This document shows, piece after piece, positions 34,991 to 47,791 of a stretch of DNA of 64,000 nt. Numbering within the stretch: position 1 is the first letter of the stretch; each line of letters opens with the position of its first letter. The position numbers and the translations under genes are program-made. This DNA is from Macrostomum lignano (lineage: Eukaryota): NCBI GenBank assembly GCA_002269645.1, contig NIVC01002999.1, positions 62,608 through 126,607 of the forward strand, read 5' to 3'. Under the pieces are notes generated by a model that ran no database searches, was not told where the DNA came from, and worked only from the letters and a program-made list of their open reading frames with translations.

Positions 34991-36659
34991 AGGTGCGATT
35001 CCGATGCCGATGAGTTCAAGGTTCTCGCAGGCAAATAAATTATTGTTAATTATTTGGAAAAAAATTGCAACTCAGTGCCTTCCTTAAACCCAACCTGATG
35101 GACCGTTTAATCTCTGCTTCAACGGTGATGGATTAATTGATTGATTGATTTGATTTTGCGATGATCTCAGCTAGTACTGGAAAGTAAGTAGTTATATGTT
35201 CAGCTCACAAATTTATTGTGTCTGTTTTGAGTTCATTTTAATTAGTTTCGCCTTTCATAAACTTTAACTGATTTGTCCTTGTTGTGTCCCGACTTTTTAC
35301 TCTTGGCTTTTTCCTCCGTTTTTCTCCTCGATTACGCTCGTGTATTGTACTGTACTACTCATCTGTGATAGCTTAGCAGTAGTATGCTTAGCACATAATG
35401 CGATTTTCATCGCCCTGTCAGGGTTTTATTATATTATTAATCCGCTCTCATCTATTTGTGGCTTCTGTGTCTCCATTTTTTCTTAGAATAGATTTTCTTA
35501 CGTGTACACGCAGGCTACTAAGATTGTGTTAATATATGCTATAATTTCATGTACATGCAGCTCCCGCTCATTTTCCTGCTCTAGACCACACATACTAAAA
35601 TAACTAGATGGGCCATTCAGTATAAAACAAGGCAGCTGAAATCACTTTGATAAGTTCAGAAACCCAAGCTTGCAGCCGTAAACAACTTGCTAGTTGGTTC
35701 AGCAATAATGTACATTGGCCAGTCCACTGAAATGTACATGGCAGCTTTAGGCTGGAATTCCGAGAATGGCAATAAAAATTGGGGCGGTGCGGGGGGTAGT
35801 GTGGAAAGGCGCGGTTGCAGGGTTTAAGTGGGGTAAGAGCCAATAAAGGAACCTTGGCTTAAAAAATACATTAAAATGCTTCCGTTTAACTTGCTACTGA
35901 AAGTAGCTTACACGCAAATGTGCTGAGTGGCTCATCTAGTTATTATAGTATATGTGCTCTTTACAAATTTACTCGTAAATGAAAAAACTCGACCTCAGAC
36001 TTTACATCGCCGCCCTTTTTTTCAAAACCTTGAAAAATTCTGTGATTCGAAAATTTTGCAGGCTTACACACACACACACGCTCTGATACACACTTGCATT
36101 AATTTTCTCTTTGCTTCGTTCTTGTTTGATTGCTTTTTTCAGGCCATTCAAATAGTAACTACTACTCGCTGTCTGAGGTGATTAGTAGTGTGCTGCTAAG
36201 ATTTATTGCCGGACACCGCGTGTTTTGGCAAAGCTTTGAACAAATTTACTCACTCTCTACTAGTAATTGAGTAGTATCATTTGCGCATAGGATTTGGCCA
36301 GTTTTACTTCTGTGTGAGTTTTCTTGCTGGGTTAAAATTTGTCTCATATATCTTCCTCTGTGTGCGATTAAATCAAACTGCTTATTATTATTATTATTTG
36401 CTAATATTAACTACAGTGGCATGTCTGCAAGTGGTAAATTATACCATATATTTATATATAAATATACTATACATACGCGAAACTTAACCGCACAACACGT
36501 TGTGCTATAGCAGCCTTTCAAGTAGATAGCTAACAGGAGGGCTCAATGCGGTAACTGCAATCGGCTTTGTATTTTGGCACTGCGTATTTTTAATCATATT
36601 TGCATGACGTCAGGCTCAATCAGAGAGCAGGCAAGCAGGTTCATCTCAATCATGTGAAT

Positions 36660-38510
36660 GGCTTCTAAATCACACTTGAGAATCATTTCTGAATCACACT
36701 TGATAATCGTTTCTGAATCACACTTGGGAATCATTTCTGAATCACACTTGAGAATCATTTCTGAATCACACTTGATAATCCGTTTCTGAATCACACTTGA
36801 GAATCATTTCTGAATCACACTTGGGAATCGTTTCTGAATCACACCTGGGAATCGTTACTAAATCACACTTGAGAATCATTTCTAAATCACACTTGAGAAT
36901 CATTTCTGTATCACACTTGAGAATCATTTCTGAATCACACTTGAGAATCATTTATGTATCACACCTGAGAATCATTTCTGAATCACACCTGAGAATCATT
37001 TCTAAATCACACTTGAGAATCATTTCTGAATCACACTTGGGAATCATTTCTGAATCACACCTGAGAATCATTTCTGAATCACACTTGAGAATCATTTCTA
37101 AATCACACTTGAGAATCATTTCTAAATCACACTTGGGAATCATTTCTGAATCACACTTGAGAATCATTTCTGTATCACACTTGAAAATCATTTCTGTATC
37201 ACACTTGAGAATCATTTCTGTATCACACTTGAGAATCATTTATGTATCACACCTGAGAATCATTTTTGAATCACACTTGGGAATCATTTCTGAATGACAC
37301 TTAAGAATCATTTCTGAATCACACTTAAGAATCATTTCTGTATCACACTTGGGAATCATTTCTGAATCACACTTGAGAATCATTTCTGTATCACGCTTGA
37401 GAATCATTTCTGTATCACACTTGAGAATCATTTCTAAATCACACCTGAGAATCATTTCTGAATCACACTTGAGAATCATTTCTAAATCACACTTGGGAAT
37501 CATTTCTGAGTCACACTTGAGAATCATTTCTGTATCACACTTGAGAATCATTTCTGTATCACACTTGAGAATCATTTCTGTATCACACTTGAGAATCATT
37601 TCTGTATCACACTTGAGAATCATTTCTGTATCACACTTGAGAATCATTTCTGTATCACACTTGAGAATCATTTCTGTATCACACTTGACAATCATTTATG
37701 TATCACACCTGAGAATCATTTCTGAATCACACTTGGGAATCATATCTGAATGACACTTAAGAATCATTTCTGTATCACACTTGAGAATCATTTCTGTATC
37801 ACACTTGAGAATCATTTCTGTATCACACTTGGGAATCATTTCTGAATCACACTTGGGAATCATTTCTGAATCACACTTGAGAATCATTTCTGAATCACAC
37901 TTGGGAATCATTTCTGAATCACACTTGAGAATCATTTCTGAATTACACTTGAGAATCATTTCTGAATCATACTTGGGAATCATTTCTGAATCACACTTGA
38001 GAATCATTTCTGAATTACACTTAAGAATCATTTCTGAATTACACTTAAGAATCATTTCTGAATCACACTTAAGAATCATTTATGTATCACACTTGAGAAT
38101 CGTTTCTGAATCACACTTAAGAATCATTTCTGAATCACACTTAAGAATCATTTATGTATCACACTTGAGAATCGTTTCTGAATCACACTTAAGAATCATT
38201 TCTGAATCACACTTAAGAATCATTTCTGAATCACACTTAAGAATCATTTCTGAATCACACTTGAGAATCATTTCTGAATCACACTTGGGAATCGTTTCTG
38301 AATCACACTTAAGAATCATTTATGTATCACGCTTGATAATCGTTTCTGAATCACACTTAAGAATCATTTCTGAATCACACTTGAGAATCATTTCTGAATC
38401 ATACTTGAGAATCATTTCTGAATCACACTTGAGAATCATTTCTGAATGACACTTGAGAATCATTTCTGAATGACACTTGGGAATCATTTCTGAATCACAC
38501 TTGATAATCG
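36660..38510. repeat. 24 bp minisatellite (CACTTGAGAATCATTTCTGAATCA)
   Basis: Direct inspection. Confidence 0.95.
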
Positions 38511-39099
38511 GTTGTAAACTGAGAATTGGCTAAATTTGTATCCGCGAAGGCACAGTTGAGTCAAGAATCTGCTGACGCCAAAAATATTGATCCGCAGGTG
38601 TTTCCGCGTTACTAAAATTAGATGCCAAGCAGCAGAGGCCCCTACAACGCAGGGCTTATGGGTCCTGCAACTGACTTCTGACGCTTTTAGACCGTCGAGC
38701 GCTTGCTAGCTGACTGCATCCCATCCCGCTGAAACACACCCCCCCATTTCAGCCTTGTTGGCTATTGAATATAATGTGAAACCCTCATCATTCCGGGGAG
38801 CTGCAGATGACAGATAAAGGAGGCTTCAATTAATCAGCCGCTATAGTATAGATTTGGAGCAAGAGTTATTTTATATATACGTATATTTGTCAGCGCTCAG
38901 TTAGATGACAAACAGCCAGCAAGCTACGGTAGACCAGAGTTAAATGGCAGTTTTTTCTACAGTCGCAGCCTAGCGCAGGTAGCAATGCTGCTGCTATGCA
39001 GGCATTGCTAGATGAGTTTTGTTCCTCTTTTAACTTCTGCGTGGCTCAGGCCGTAGGGCAGGGCTACGGGCCATTGTTTCAACCGCTGACGTGAGCTGC

Positions 39100-39367
39100 A
39101 TGGCTTGGCGACTCCATCACAAGGGGTGCTGGACAGAAAATCTGGACTGGGGGACTACGTTCTATCGATTGGAAAACATAGGATCACATGCCCATTCCGC
39201 TCACACGGGGTGTACAAGCAGCGGCCCCCTGACTTCTCATCATCAGAGAAGACACGCACAGACAAACTCTGCCTTGGTGGTTTGGCCCTCATAGACGTGA
39301 ATCGGGAGTCGAGCCCGGGCCTCCGGTGGAGCGAGAGTCGGACGCGATAACCCGCTGAGCCCAGTGC
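39100..39367 (-). mobile_element. Probable tRNA-derived SINE
   Basis: Minus-strand head GCACTGGGCTCAGCGGG..CCCGGGCTCGACTCCCG with A-box-like (39363-39352) and B-box-like (39316-39304) motifs; no clean cloverleaf; 3' boundary uncertain. Confidence 0.5.
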
Positions 39368-39926
39368 TAGACTTGGTTGCTTTCCAATCCAGATTAGACA
39401 ATTATTAGAAGTCCATGACTCCACAGTGACTGATGACGTCTGCTAATAGTCTTAATAAAGCACAGGGCCTGTCGGGAGCGCCAGCATTAACCCGCTGCCA
39501 ACCCCAACCCCGCACCCTCGCCGTTGCCAGGCGGTAGCGAAGTCAACAAGCCCGCAGGGTAGTGGACTCCCTCCTCTCACCCTCCACCTTCCCTTCTCTC
39601 ATCCCTGTCCCTGCTGCCTGGTTGGCTACTAAAAATTAGAGAAAGAAAAATCCTTAGTCGCAAGAGCAGCGCTTTCGCACTAGACTAAAAACGGGCATTG
39701 TCCGGGACGCAAAGCAGAAATCCTCAAAAATAATCGGGATCCCAAAGAGTCCTTCGATTTTGAGACATCATCAATCTCAACTTGATTAAGGTTCAGAGTG
39801 AACGTCAGGGGTAAGTACGGCTAGGATTTCTCTGATTGATGACTTAGACCTGCCTATCAGCTTAAAACTATTTAGTTCGGAATTGTCTTCGTTGAAATTC
39901 CACAGACAAGCATTCGAATTGCAACA

Positions 39927-41002
39927 ATGGTGGCTACTGAGAAGCTCATCTTCGTCTGCCTTCTGGTCATGGCGTCTCTCGCTGCTGCTGAGGTGAGCTG
40001 ACACTTGGCAAGCGTTTAGGTGAGGGGGGGGCGGTTCGACTTTGACGGTGCTGTAGTGTCTTGAGCCCTGACATTGGCCACTGAACCAGCCCTGACAATG
40101 GCCACTGAACCAGCCCTGACATTGGCCACTGAACCAGCCCTGACATTGGCCACTGAACCAGCCCTGACTATGGCCACTGAACCAGCCCTGACTATGGCCA
40201 CTGAACCAGCCCTGACAATGGCCACTGAACCAGCCATTACAATGGCCATAAAATTGCTGTCGCTTTTCCAGAAACTGGAATCGCCCGAGATAGAAGAGGA
40301 GGTTAAGGCTGTAGACAGGCAGCGTCACAGGCACCATGGTCACCACCGCGAAGGCGCTCTGCCATCGAGCCGCCACCGCAGCCCCCACGGGCATCATGCT
40401 AAGCACGGACGGCACCACCACGCCAAGCACGGGTCCAACGTTGACAGACGAGCCGCCCTAGCCGACTTCAAACGCGCCGCCCTTTCGGACTTCAAACGTG
40501 CCGCCTTAGCCGACTTCAAACGTGCCGCCCTTTCGGACTTCAAACGCGCCGCCTTAGCCGACTTCAAACGTGCCGCCCTTTCGGACTTCAAACGTGCCGC
40601 CCTCTCGGACTTCAAACGCGCCGCCCTAGCCGACTTCAAACGTGCCGCCCTTTCGGACTTCAAACGCGCCTCCCTCTCGGACTTCAAACGCGCCGCCCTA
40701 GCCGACTTCAAGCGCACGCCCGGGCACCGCAAGCAGCACCACAGTCAGGCCAGCGAGAGCAGGATGTCGCACAACAAAACCAAGTCCCAGGTAAGTAGCA
40801 CCAAAAAAGGTTGAAAAAATCAATTTTACGCATATAACTGTCTGTGTATAGAACGGTCCTCTATTTAATTCAATTGATCATCATCCTGCAGTCTCACCAC
40901 CCGAGAGACAGCAGCGGCAAGCGGTCCTACTACTGGGACGTCTGCAGCCACTGGATCAACGGTCGGGAGCGCCTCTACGTGTGCAAAAAGCAGATCCGTT
41001 AA
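39927..41002 (+). CDS. Secreted neuropeptide/prohormone-like precursor, 231 aa, 3 coding exons
   Basis: Exons 39927-39992 (MVATEKLIFVCLLVMASLAAAE, signal-peptide-like), 40272-40790, 40892-41002; both introns GT-AG phase 0. Eleven hexapeptides bounded by RR/KR at 40452-40715; GKR then SYYWDVCSHWINGRERLYVCKKQIR-stop. Probable 5' UTR intron 39811-39905. Confidence 0.85.
40066..40245. repeat. 24 bp minisatellite in prohormone intron (CACTGAACCAGCCCTGACAATGGC)
   Basis: Direct inspection; source of the spurious MATEPALT start of ORF 40074. Confidence 0.92.
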
Positions 41003-42109
41003 AGTTTGAAGACTGACTGACTCAAGCGACTGTTTAGAGATAGATTACTGTGAGAGTTGACGGAGACAGGTGAGAGTTGGTTGAGAAGGCTAAATATAGT
41101 GTAAAAACAAGTTTATTATCGAAATTATAATTCCCGTCATGTGCTTAAACTATAATCTTCAAAATCATAGAGCCGGTTTGGCAACTAACAATTTTTTTTA
41201 TTATTATCTTCTCACATAATATTGTGACTCAGTTTTCTTTTAGCTCGTAATTGTGACTTTCTGTTGTTTTATTTTAATCGGAATCATCGCTTGGCGAGCG
41301 TCACTTGTTCACTTGTGTCCAATATTAACCTCGAAAAATGTTTTGTCTTGTTTGAATTTTTAAGGAATATTAATCTGCTTTTTATAAGCACAAAGAAAGC
41401 TGTTTGTTAATTATAAATTTTTTCTGCAAATATGCCGGTTGAAGGTAATAATATTATTTATTCAAACACCTTTTTTTCGCCATCAATATAATCAAATCCG
41501 AAAGTTTGCTTTTGGTAAATCTTTTCTGTTTAACTAACTCGTCACTAAAACTTCTCTTCTTAATACACTTAATAAAAATGACCGACGTGAGTCTGCACCA
41601 GGACTCAATTAACCGAATCGCATTGGTCCCAAAAATGCAAAATTTCATCAAGGTGTTGCTTTTATTGATTATTGATCGGATGGTGATGTCTTCAATTAAT
41701 CTCAAGTCAAATCTCCACTTCCGATTTTAGAGATCTTTAAAACAGATTTCCAAGAGATCATCTTCAGCAGTTTAATTTAACCAATTTATTTAATTTAATC
41801 TTTAATTAATTGTAAGTTTGCTTTAACAAAGTCCATTTGCATTGTCTTTCTACTTTGCCAATTGTTGCTAGCGCACTAGAATTGGGATTATTAAAAAGAC
41901 AAAAATGACTCCCCGACGTCTGTCTTTACTTTCTCTATTCATCCACTCTGTCTCGCTGCTTTTTGGCTTCTAAAACAAAATAGAAGGTGAGGACCGCATG
42001 ACTGACTACTTGGGGATGAAGGGGATTCGATCCGCATGAATGATGTAGATTGTACCAGCGTATACCACCAGTTCTGATGACTGCAGCAGTCTCGGGTTTT
42101 TCAACCCCC

Positions 42110-42760
42110 ACGGCATCAATCGATTTGATCAATCAATAGTCGCATCAATCGATTTGATCAATCAATAGTCGCATCAATCGATTTGATCAATCAATAGTCG
42201 CATCAATCGATTTGATCAATCAATAGTCGCATCAATCGATTTGATCAATCAATAGTCGCATCAATCGATTTGATCAATCAATAGTCGCATCAATCGATTT
42301 GATCAATCAATAGTCGCATCAATCGATTTGATCAATCAATAGTCGCATCAATCGATTTATCAATCAATAATCGCATCAATCGATTTGATCAATCAATAAT
42401 CGCATCAATCGATTTGATCAATCAATAATCGCATCAATCGATTAATCAATCAATAATCGCATCAATCGATTTGATCAATCAATAATCGCATCAATCGATT
42501 TGATCAATCAATAATCGCATCAATCGATTAATCAATCAATAATCGCATCAATCGATTTGATCAATCAATAATCGCATCAATCGATTTGATCAATCAATAA
42601 TCGCATCAATCGATTTGATCAATCAATAATCGCATCAATCGATTTGATCAATCAATAATCGCATTAATCGATCTGATCAATCAATAATCGCATCAATCGA
42701 TTTGATCAATCAATAATCGCATCAATCGATTTAATCAATCAATAGTCGCACCAATCGATT
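42110..42760. repeat. 29 bp minisatellite (GCATCAATCGATTTGATCAATCAATA(G/A)TC)
   Basis: Direct inspection. Confidence 0.95.
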
Positions 42761-43659
42761 AATAATCGTATCATCTCATAAAACAATAAAACATTCAATC
42801 ATAGAACTTTAGGTACAGGTAAAATCAAGCAGCTCATAAACTCGATAAGCTGTGCTAAAAAAACTGCATGCTATACAAAGTTTACTATCCTTATTTCAAT
42901 TTTCCCCTCCCCCAAATTCATATACATCCACACGGGCAAGAATAATGGATACAGAAGCTACAACGCTTACGTCAAACCGATCGCATGACACAGCAGATGA
43001 CGCTATCCCATCATCGGGAGCCGCCCCCACCGTCACCGGGCCTTCCTTACATTATATATTGAGCCCTAAAACCCAGCTAGCTATAGAGGGAAAAGCCGGG
43101 CGAAACAAAGCATCAAAGAATGCGAGCCAAATATGGAAGTCACCAGTTCAGACTGGGATTAGATAGATAGGAGACACGATGAAAGGCATGGCTGCAAAGA
43201 GAAAGGCATTTCAAATAAATTTAGCAAAAGCCATTGAATGCTTGGGCCAGCAGCCAGAGCAGAAGAGAGACCTGCTGACTGTATGGCTCTGGCCAGCTCA
43301 ATGCAGTGAATGAATTGGCAATTGTTGCTGTTGCCATTCTCCTCCACAAGCATGGCCAACACACAACCGCTGCCCCCAGTCCCACAGCTGGGAAACAACT
43401 CTGCTATTTCGGACCATGGTTGAATAATTCAGAAAAGCAGAACGGCATTCTGCTCTGGCGGAGATGGGAGCTGGGAAGCTGCAGGTAGGAGAGGGAGGAG
43501 GCCAATGCAGCTCAACTAAAAGCTGAGAGGGATTTTTCAAGTTTGTTTTTTACAAACATTTTTCCAACACTTCGTAGCGTTGCGTCTGAGCTACTGATAT
43601 ACTTGTGTTAGTAGTATTTGAGGCTTTTGCTGAAATTACAAAAGGCTGAGGAGGATCTG

Positions 43660-44215
43660 AGACGCTGGCCAAGCAGCTGAGGATCCGGGAGGCTGGCCCA
43701 CCAGCTGAGAATCTCTGGGAGGCTGACTCAGCAACTGAGGATCTGAGAGGCTGAAAGCCCAGCAACTGAGGATCTGGGAGGCTGAAAGCCCAGCAACTGA
43801 GGATCTGGGAGGCTGGTCCAGCAACTGAGGATCTGGGAGGCTGACTCAGCAACTGAGGATCTGAGAGGCTGAAAGCTCAGCAACTGAGGATCTGGGAGGC
43901 TGGTGCAGCAACTGAGGATCTGGGAGCCTGGAAGCCCAGCAACTGAGGATCTGGGAGGCTGGTGCAGCAACTGAGGATCTGGGAGGCTGGTGCAGCAACT
44001 GAGGATCTGGGAGGCTGGAAGCCCAGCAACTGAGGATCTGGGAGGCTGGCCCAGCAACTGAGGATCTGGGAGGCTGGCCCAGCAACTGAGGATCTGGGAG
44101 GCTGGCCCAGCAGCTGAGGATTTGGGAGGCTGGCCCAGCAACTGAGGATCTGGGAGGCTGGCCCAGCAGCTGAGGATTTGGGAGGCTGGCCGAGCAACTG
44201 AGGATCTGGGAGGGT
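43660..44215. repeat. 28-31 bp minisatellite (CAACTGAGGATCTGGGAGGCTGGCCCAG)
   Basis: Direct inspection. Confidence 0.93.
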
Positions 44216-45061
44216 AGCAGATTAACTAAGGCAAGAATGGTATAAAATTAATTAAGTAATGAAGAGGAAATTTGTTTAATACACATCTCAGGCACATTAC
44301 ATGCTTTTAAAATTGATGTATTGTGCAAAACATTTCCATTAAAAATATGCAAAAATTATATTTCACTCAATAAACCAAGTTCGGCATATTATGAAGATAC
44401 TGATAGTATACAAACAAGCCGGTACTGACAATATTATAACAAAAACTGAATACATACAAACGAACCAGGCCACTTTCTTAAATAAAAATAAAAAGTTCGC
44501 ATTGACCTGCACAGAACCAGTGTTTGTTGCATGCAGGAATCGGTAACTTTCACAGGCAATGTTGCAATACACTATTTTATAAATAGAAAAACAAAATTCC
44601 TTCGGGTTACATTAAAGTTATGAACAGAAAATTCGTATAGCCGTATATTCGTATAAAAACATATAGCCTAGAAAAAATAAAAAACTTCACCACAAAAGCT
44701 CAATGTGTAAAATTAGGGAAAATTCTCAGATAATAAACACACAAAACTCGGCTGGCTACTTACTTGCAAGAGAAGTCGCAGTAGTCAGTAAGGAAAAATA
44801 TATGTAATTGTTTTATTATTGAATTTCTACATATATCTGCATATGTTATGTTACATAAAAATGAGAAAACTAATTAGAAAAAGTTAGGCACAAAATAAGG
44901 TGTGTAAGATTTTATTGTGCAATTTTTACCTTTATGCACCTTGTTTTCCGCTTTGAGTGCAGCTGGTATACAGGAGCTGCAGCTGTATACCGAGCAAGAA
45001 AGAAAAGGGTGGCCAGCCAGGCCGATAAACAGTCCGGTTTTACTTTTGCCCGCTTGTGCCA

Positions 45062-45377
45062 GACTTTGATTTCTCTCCTTACTGCTCTCTCATTGGCTGA
45101 GCTAGCTTGGGCCTGCCCCTAGGCTGAGTTTCGTCTGTCTGACTTTGATCTCTCTCCTTACTGCTTTCTCATTGGCTGAGCCAGATTGGGCCTGCCCCTA
45201 GGCTGAGTTTCGTCCGCCTGACTTTGATCTCTCTCCTTACTGCTTTCTCATTGGCTGAGCTAGATTGGGCCTGCCCCTAGGCTGAGTTTCGTCCGCCTGA
45301 CTTTGATCTCTCTCCTTACTGCTCTCTCATTGGCTGAACCAGATTTGGCGTGTCCATAGGCTGAGTTTCGTCTGTCT
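45062..45377. repeat. Four 79 bp tandem units containing ATTGG (CCAAT) motifs
   Basis: GACTTTGAT starts at 45062, 45141, 45220, 45299. Confidence 0.9.
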
Positions 45378-46055
45378 TGCGCAGACAAACTACTGAGAAA
45401 AAATACTCTACCTATTAATTTGCGAGTGACATATTTGTGGCATTGCTATACTAATCACAGGCTAATTGTAACACGATATAAATGTGTAAAGCGTGCACTA
45501 AACACTAAAAGCATTTAATGCACGCTAAAAGCGTGCTTAAATGGCTCGTGATCGCGTCTTGGCCGGAGTCATTTAATGCACGAGAAATATATATCGTGTT
45601 ACAATACTACTCAATACTTGGTTAACACGTTTTAAATATAGGATTCAATACTTGGTTTTGAGTGCTTAAATGTCTAGGTCACGAGTGCGCGAAGCCGAGA
45701 CTCAAAACCAAGTATTGAATATTATATTTAAAACTACAATGCTTAAACGTTTGCTTTATTTAAGAATAAAGAAGTTTTATAGTTAAAGCTTTAAACAATT
45801 TATCTACTACTAACCCCTGCTAATTTCATAAACTGCCGATATCGGAGCTATAATAAAAAGCCACTAAAAGCTAAAATACAACAGGTGCATAACTATAAAC
45901 CAGTTCGAAGAAAAACGGAGAACACAATATACTTTAAAAAACGTCTCACCATGAGTTTATTTAGCTACAAAATTACCAAGGCCATTAACAGTACAATACC
46001 AACTCTTACTGTGTGCGCGTGTCTTTGTGACCCAAACAATCTGAATATAATTTAA

Positions 46056-47791
46056 CTAAGATTGGTCGCCGCGCACTTTGTCTCTGGCCGTAGTTGAAGT
46101 CGATCCGCCGCCGGCAACGGCTCTGTCCGCATCGGCACCAATCGAAGCGTTCATCGCTTCCAATTCGTCATAGAGAAAGCTTCTCAACCGGAGCAGGTAC
46201 TGCGGAAACAGTTCAATATCGTTGTGGCCGGCGCCTTCAACCCACAGCGGGTCAACTGAGCGGGGCAGGCGCTCATAGATGGCCAGCCCGTGCGCGATGT
46301 TGATCACTTCGTCTTCTGTGCCGTGGATCACCAGGCAGGGAGAGTGGATTCTTGGCGCCTTCTCGATGCTGACGGCAACAAAATAGGGCGGGTTCGTTGA
46401 GGGTGGGATGGTCGATCTGTGCTTGAGGGCTTTTAAGCAGAAACAAGTTTATTTTCTGGAATTTAGCCATAGTGCTGAAGACAGACCCTGAAGCCACAGC
46501 CTCTGAAGCCACAGCCCCTGAAGCCATTTCCTCTGAAGCCACAGCCCCTGAAGCCACAGCCCCCTCAAGCAATTTCCCCTGAAGCCACAGTCCCCTGAAG
46601 CCACAGTCCCCTGAAGCCACAGTCCCCTGAAGCCACAGTCCCCTGAAGCCACAGTCCCCTGAAGCCACAGTCCCCTAAAGCCACAGTCAGGGCCACAGTC
46701 CCCTGAAGCCACAGCCACCTGAAGCCACGGTCCTCTGAAGCCACAGTCCCCTGAAGCCACAGCCCCCTGAAGCCATTTCCCCTGAAGCCACAGTCCCCTA
46801 AAGCCACAGTCAGGGCCACAGTCCCCTGAAGCCACAGTCCCCTGAAGCCACAGTCCCCTGAAGCCACAGTCAGGGCCACAGTCCCCTGAAGCCACAGTCC
46901 CCTGAACCACATTTCCTGAAGCCACATCCCCTAAAGCCACGCCCCTTGAGGCCACATTTCCTGAAGCCACATCTCCTGAAGCCACAGCCCCTGAAAAACG
47001 GCCAAAGCAGCTCACTTGGGAAAGGCATCGAAGAACCATGTCCGGCTGGTGTCCGGAAAAGCCACCCTCAGTCCGGACAGCAGCGGGCTGTGCAGCACAA
47101 CTCCTGCAGGGTTGACCCGGGTGGCCAAATCCACAGTTGGCACTGTGCCAATGGACTGGCCATAGAGTACAATCTCTCCTGGGGACAGATTGTACCTGCC
47201 AATCAACTGTTGCCAGGCGCAGTCAATATCGGCGTACAGATTCTTCTCGAGCGGCTGGCCAGTGCTGGCCCCGTAGCCTGAGTAGTCGTAGCTGAACACA
47301 TTCATATTGAGTTTACGGCCGAGATCAATGAGAAAGCCGCTCATTTGGCCCAGATCCACCGCGTTACCATGGGAAAAGAGCAGAGTGTACTTTGATCCTT
47401 TTCTAGAACGTACGGTACGAATCAGTACGCAAGCGATTGTGCTGCCTCTAGCCGTGTTGGCGGTGAAAGCTTCCAGACAGTCGGCCTCGTCCTCTGTGAG
47501 CTGCATCGCTGGCGGGGCGGCGGCCGGATCTTCCATGTCTGGCGGATTAATCTGGAATCTGGGACTGTGCATGTCGCCAACTAGCGAGTAGGTCGGCCTG
47601 GGCGGCAGGAAGGCCAACTTGGCGGCGATGCGCGACGGTAACGGCGGCCAGCAGAACAGGCGGCAGAGGTCGCGGCAGGTCATGGAGGCGCCGCCGCCGC
47701 CGCGCGCCCCGGCGCCTTCATCCTCGTGAGGCGCGTACTGACCGGCGGCCGCTGACGGCGCCGCTCCGTGGTGACGTTGGCGACTGGACAT
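46056..47791 (-). CDS. ABHD17: Alpha/beta hydrolase domain protein 17 (depalmitoylase), copy A, 362 aa
   Basis: Exons 47791-47016 and 46368-46056 (phase 2 intron). [53 protein letters not shown] (Ser-Asp-His triad intact). Confidence 0.93.
46480..47000. repeat. 16 bp minisatellite in ABHD17-A intron (GAAGCCACAGTCCCCT)
   Basis: Direct inspection. Confidence 0.92.

Noticed and set aside
36605-36612. Perfect CRE (TGACGTCA) 3.3 kb upstream of the prohormone, and a near-CRE at about 39434
   Set aside because: Plausible for a neuropeptide gene, but single 7-8-mers are expected by chance in 64 kb
36766-38449. MILKCDSE / LRIISESH repeat ORFs
   Set aside because: 24 bp satellite read in frame; no unique coding sequence, signal or splice support
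40074-40271. MATEPALT repeats as the N-terminus of the prohormone
   Set aside because: Intronic 24 bp satellite; the acceptor at 40271 and a signal-peptide exon at 39927-39992 explain the gene better
42035-42082. C/D box snoRNA (ATGATG ... CTGA)
   Set aside because: Only about 40 nt between boxes, no terminal stem or recognisable guide
46273-47039. Cys/Gly-rich minus-strand ORFs (also 50223-51067)
   Set aside because: Translations of the 16 bp satellites in the ABHD17 introns
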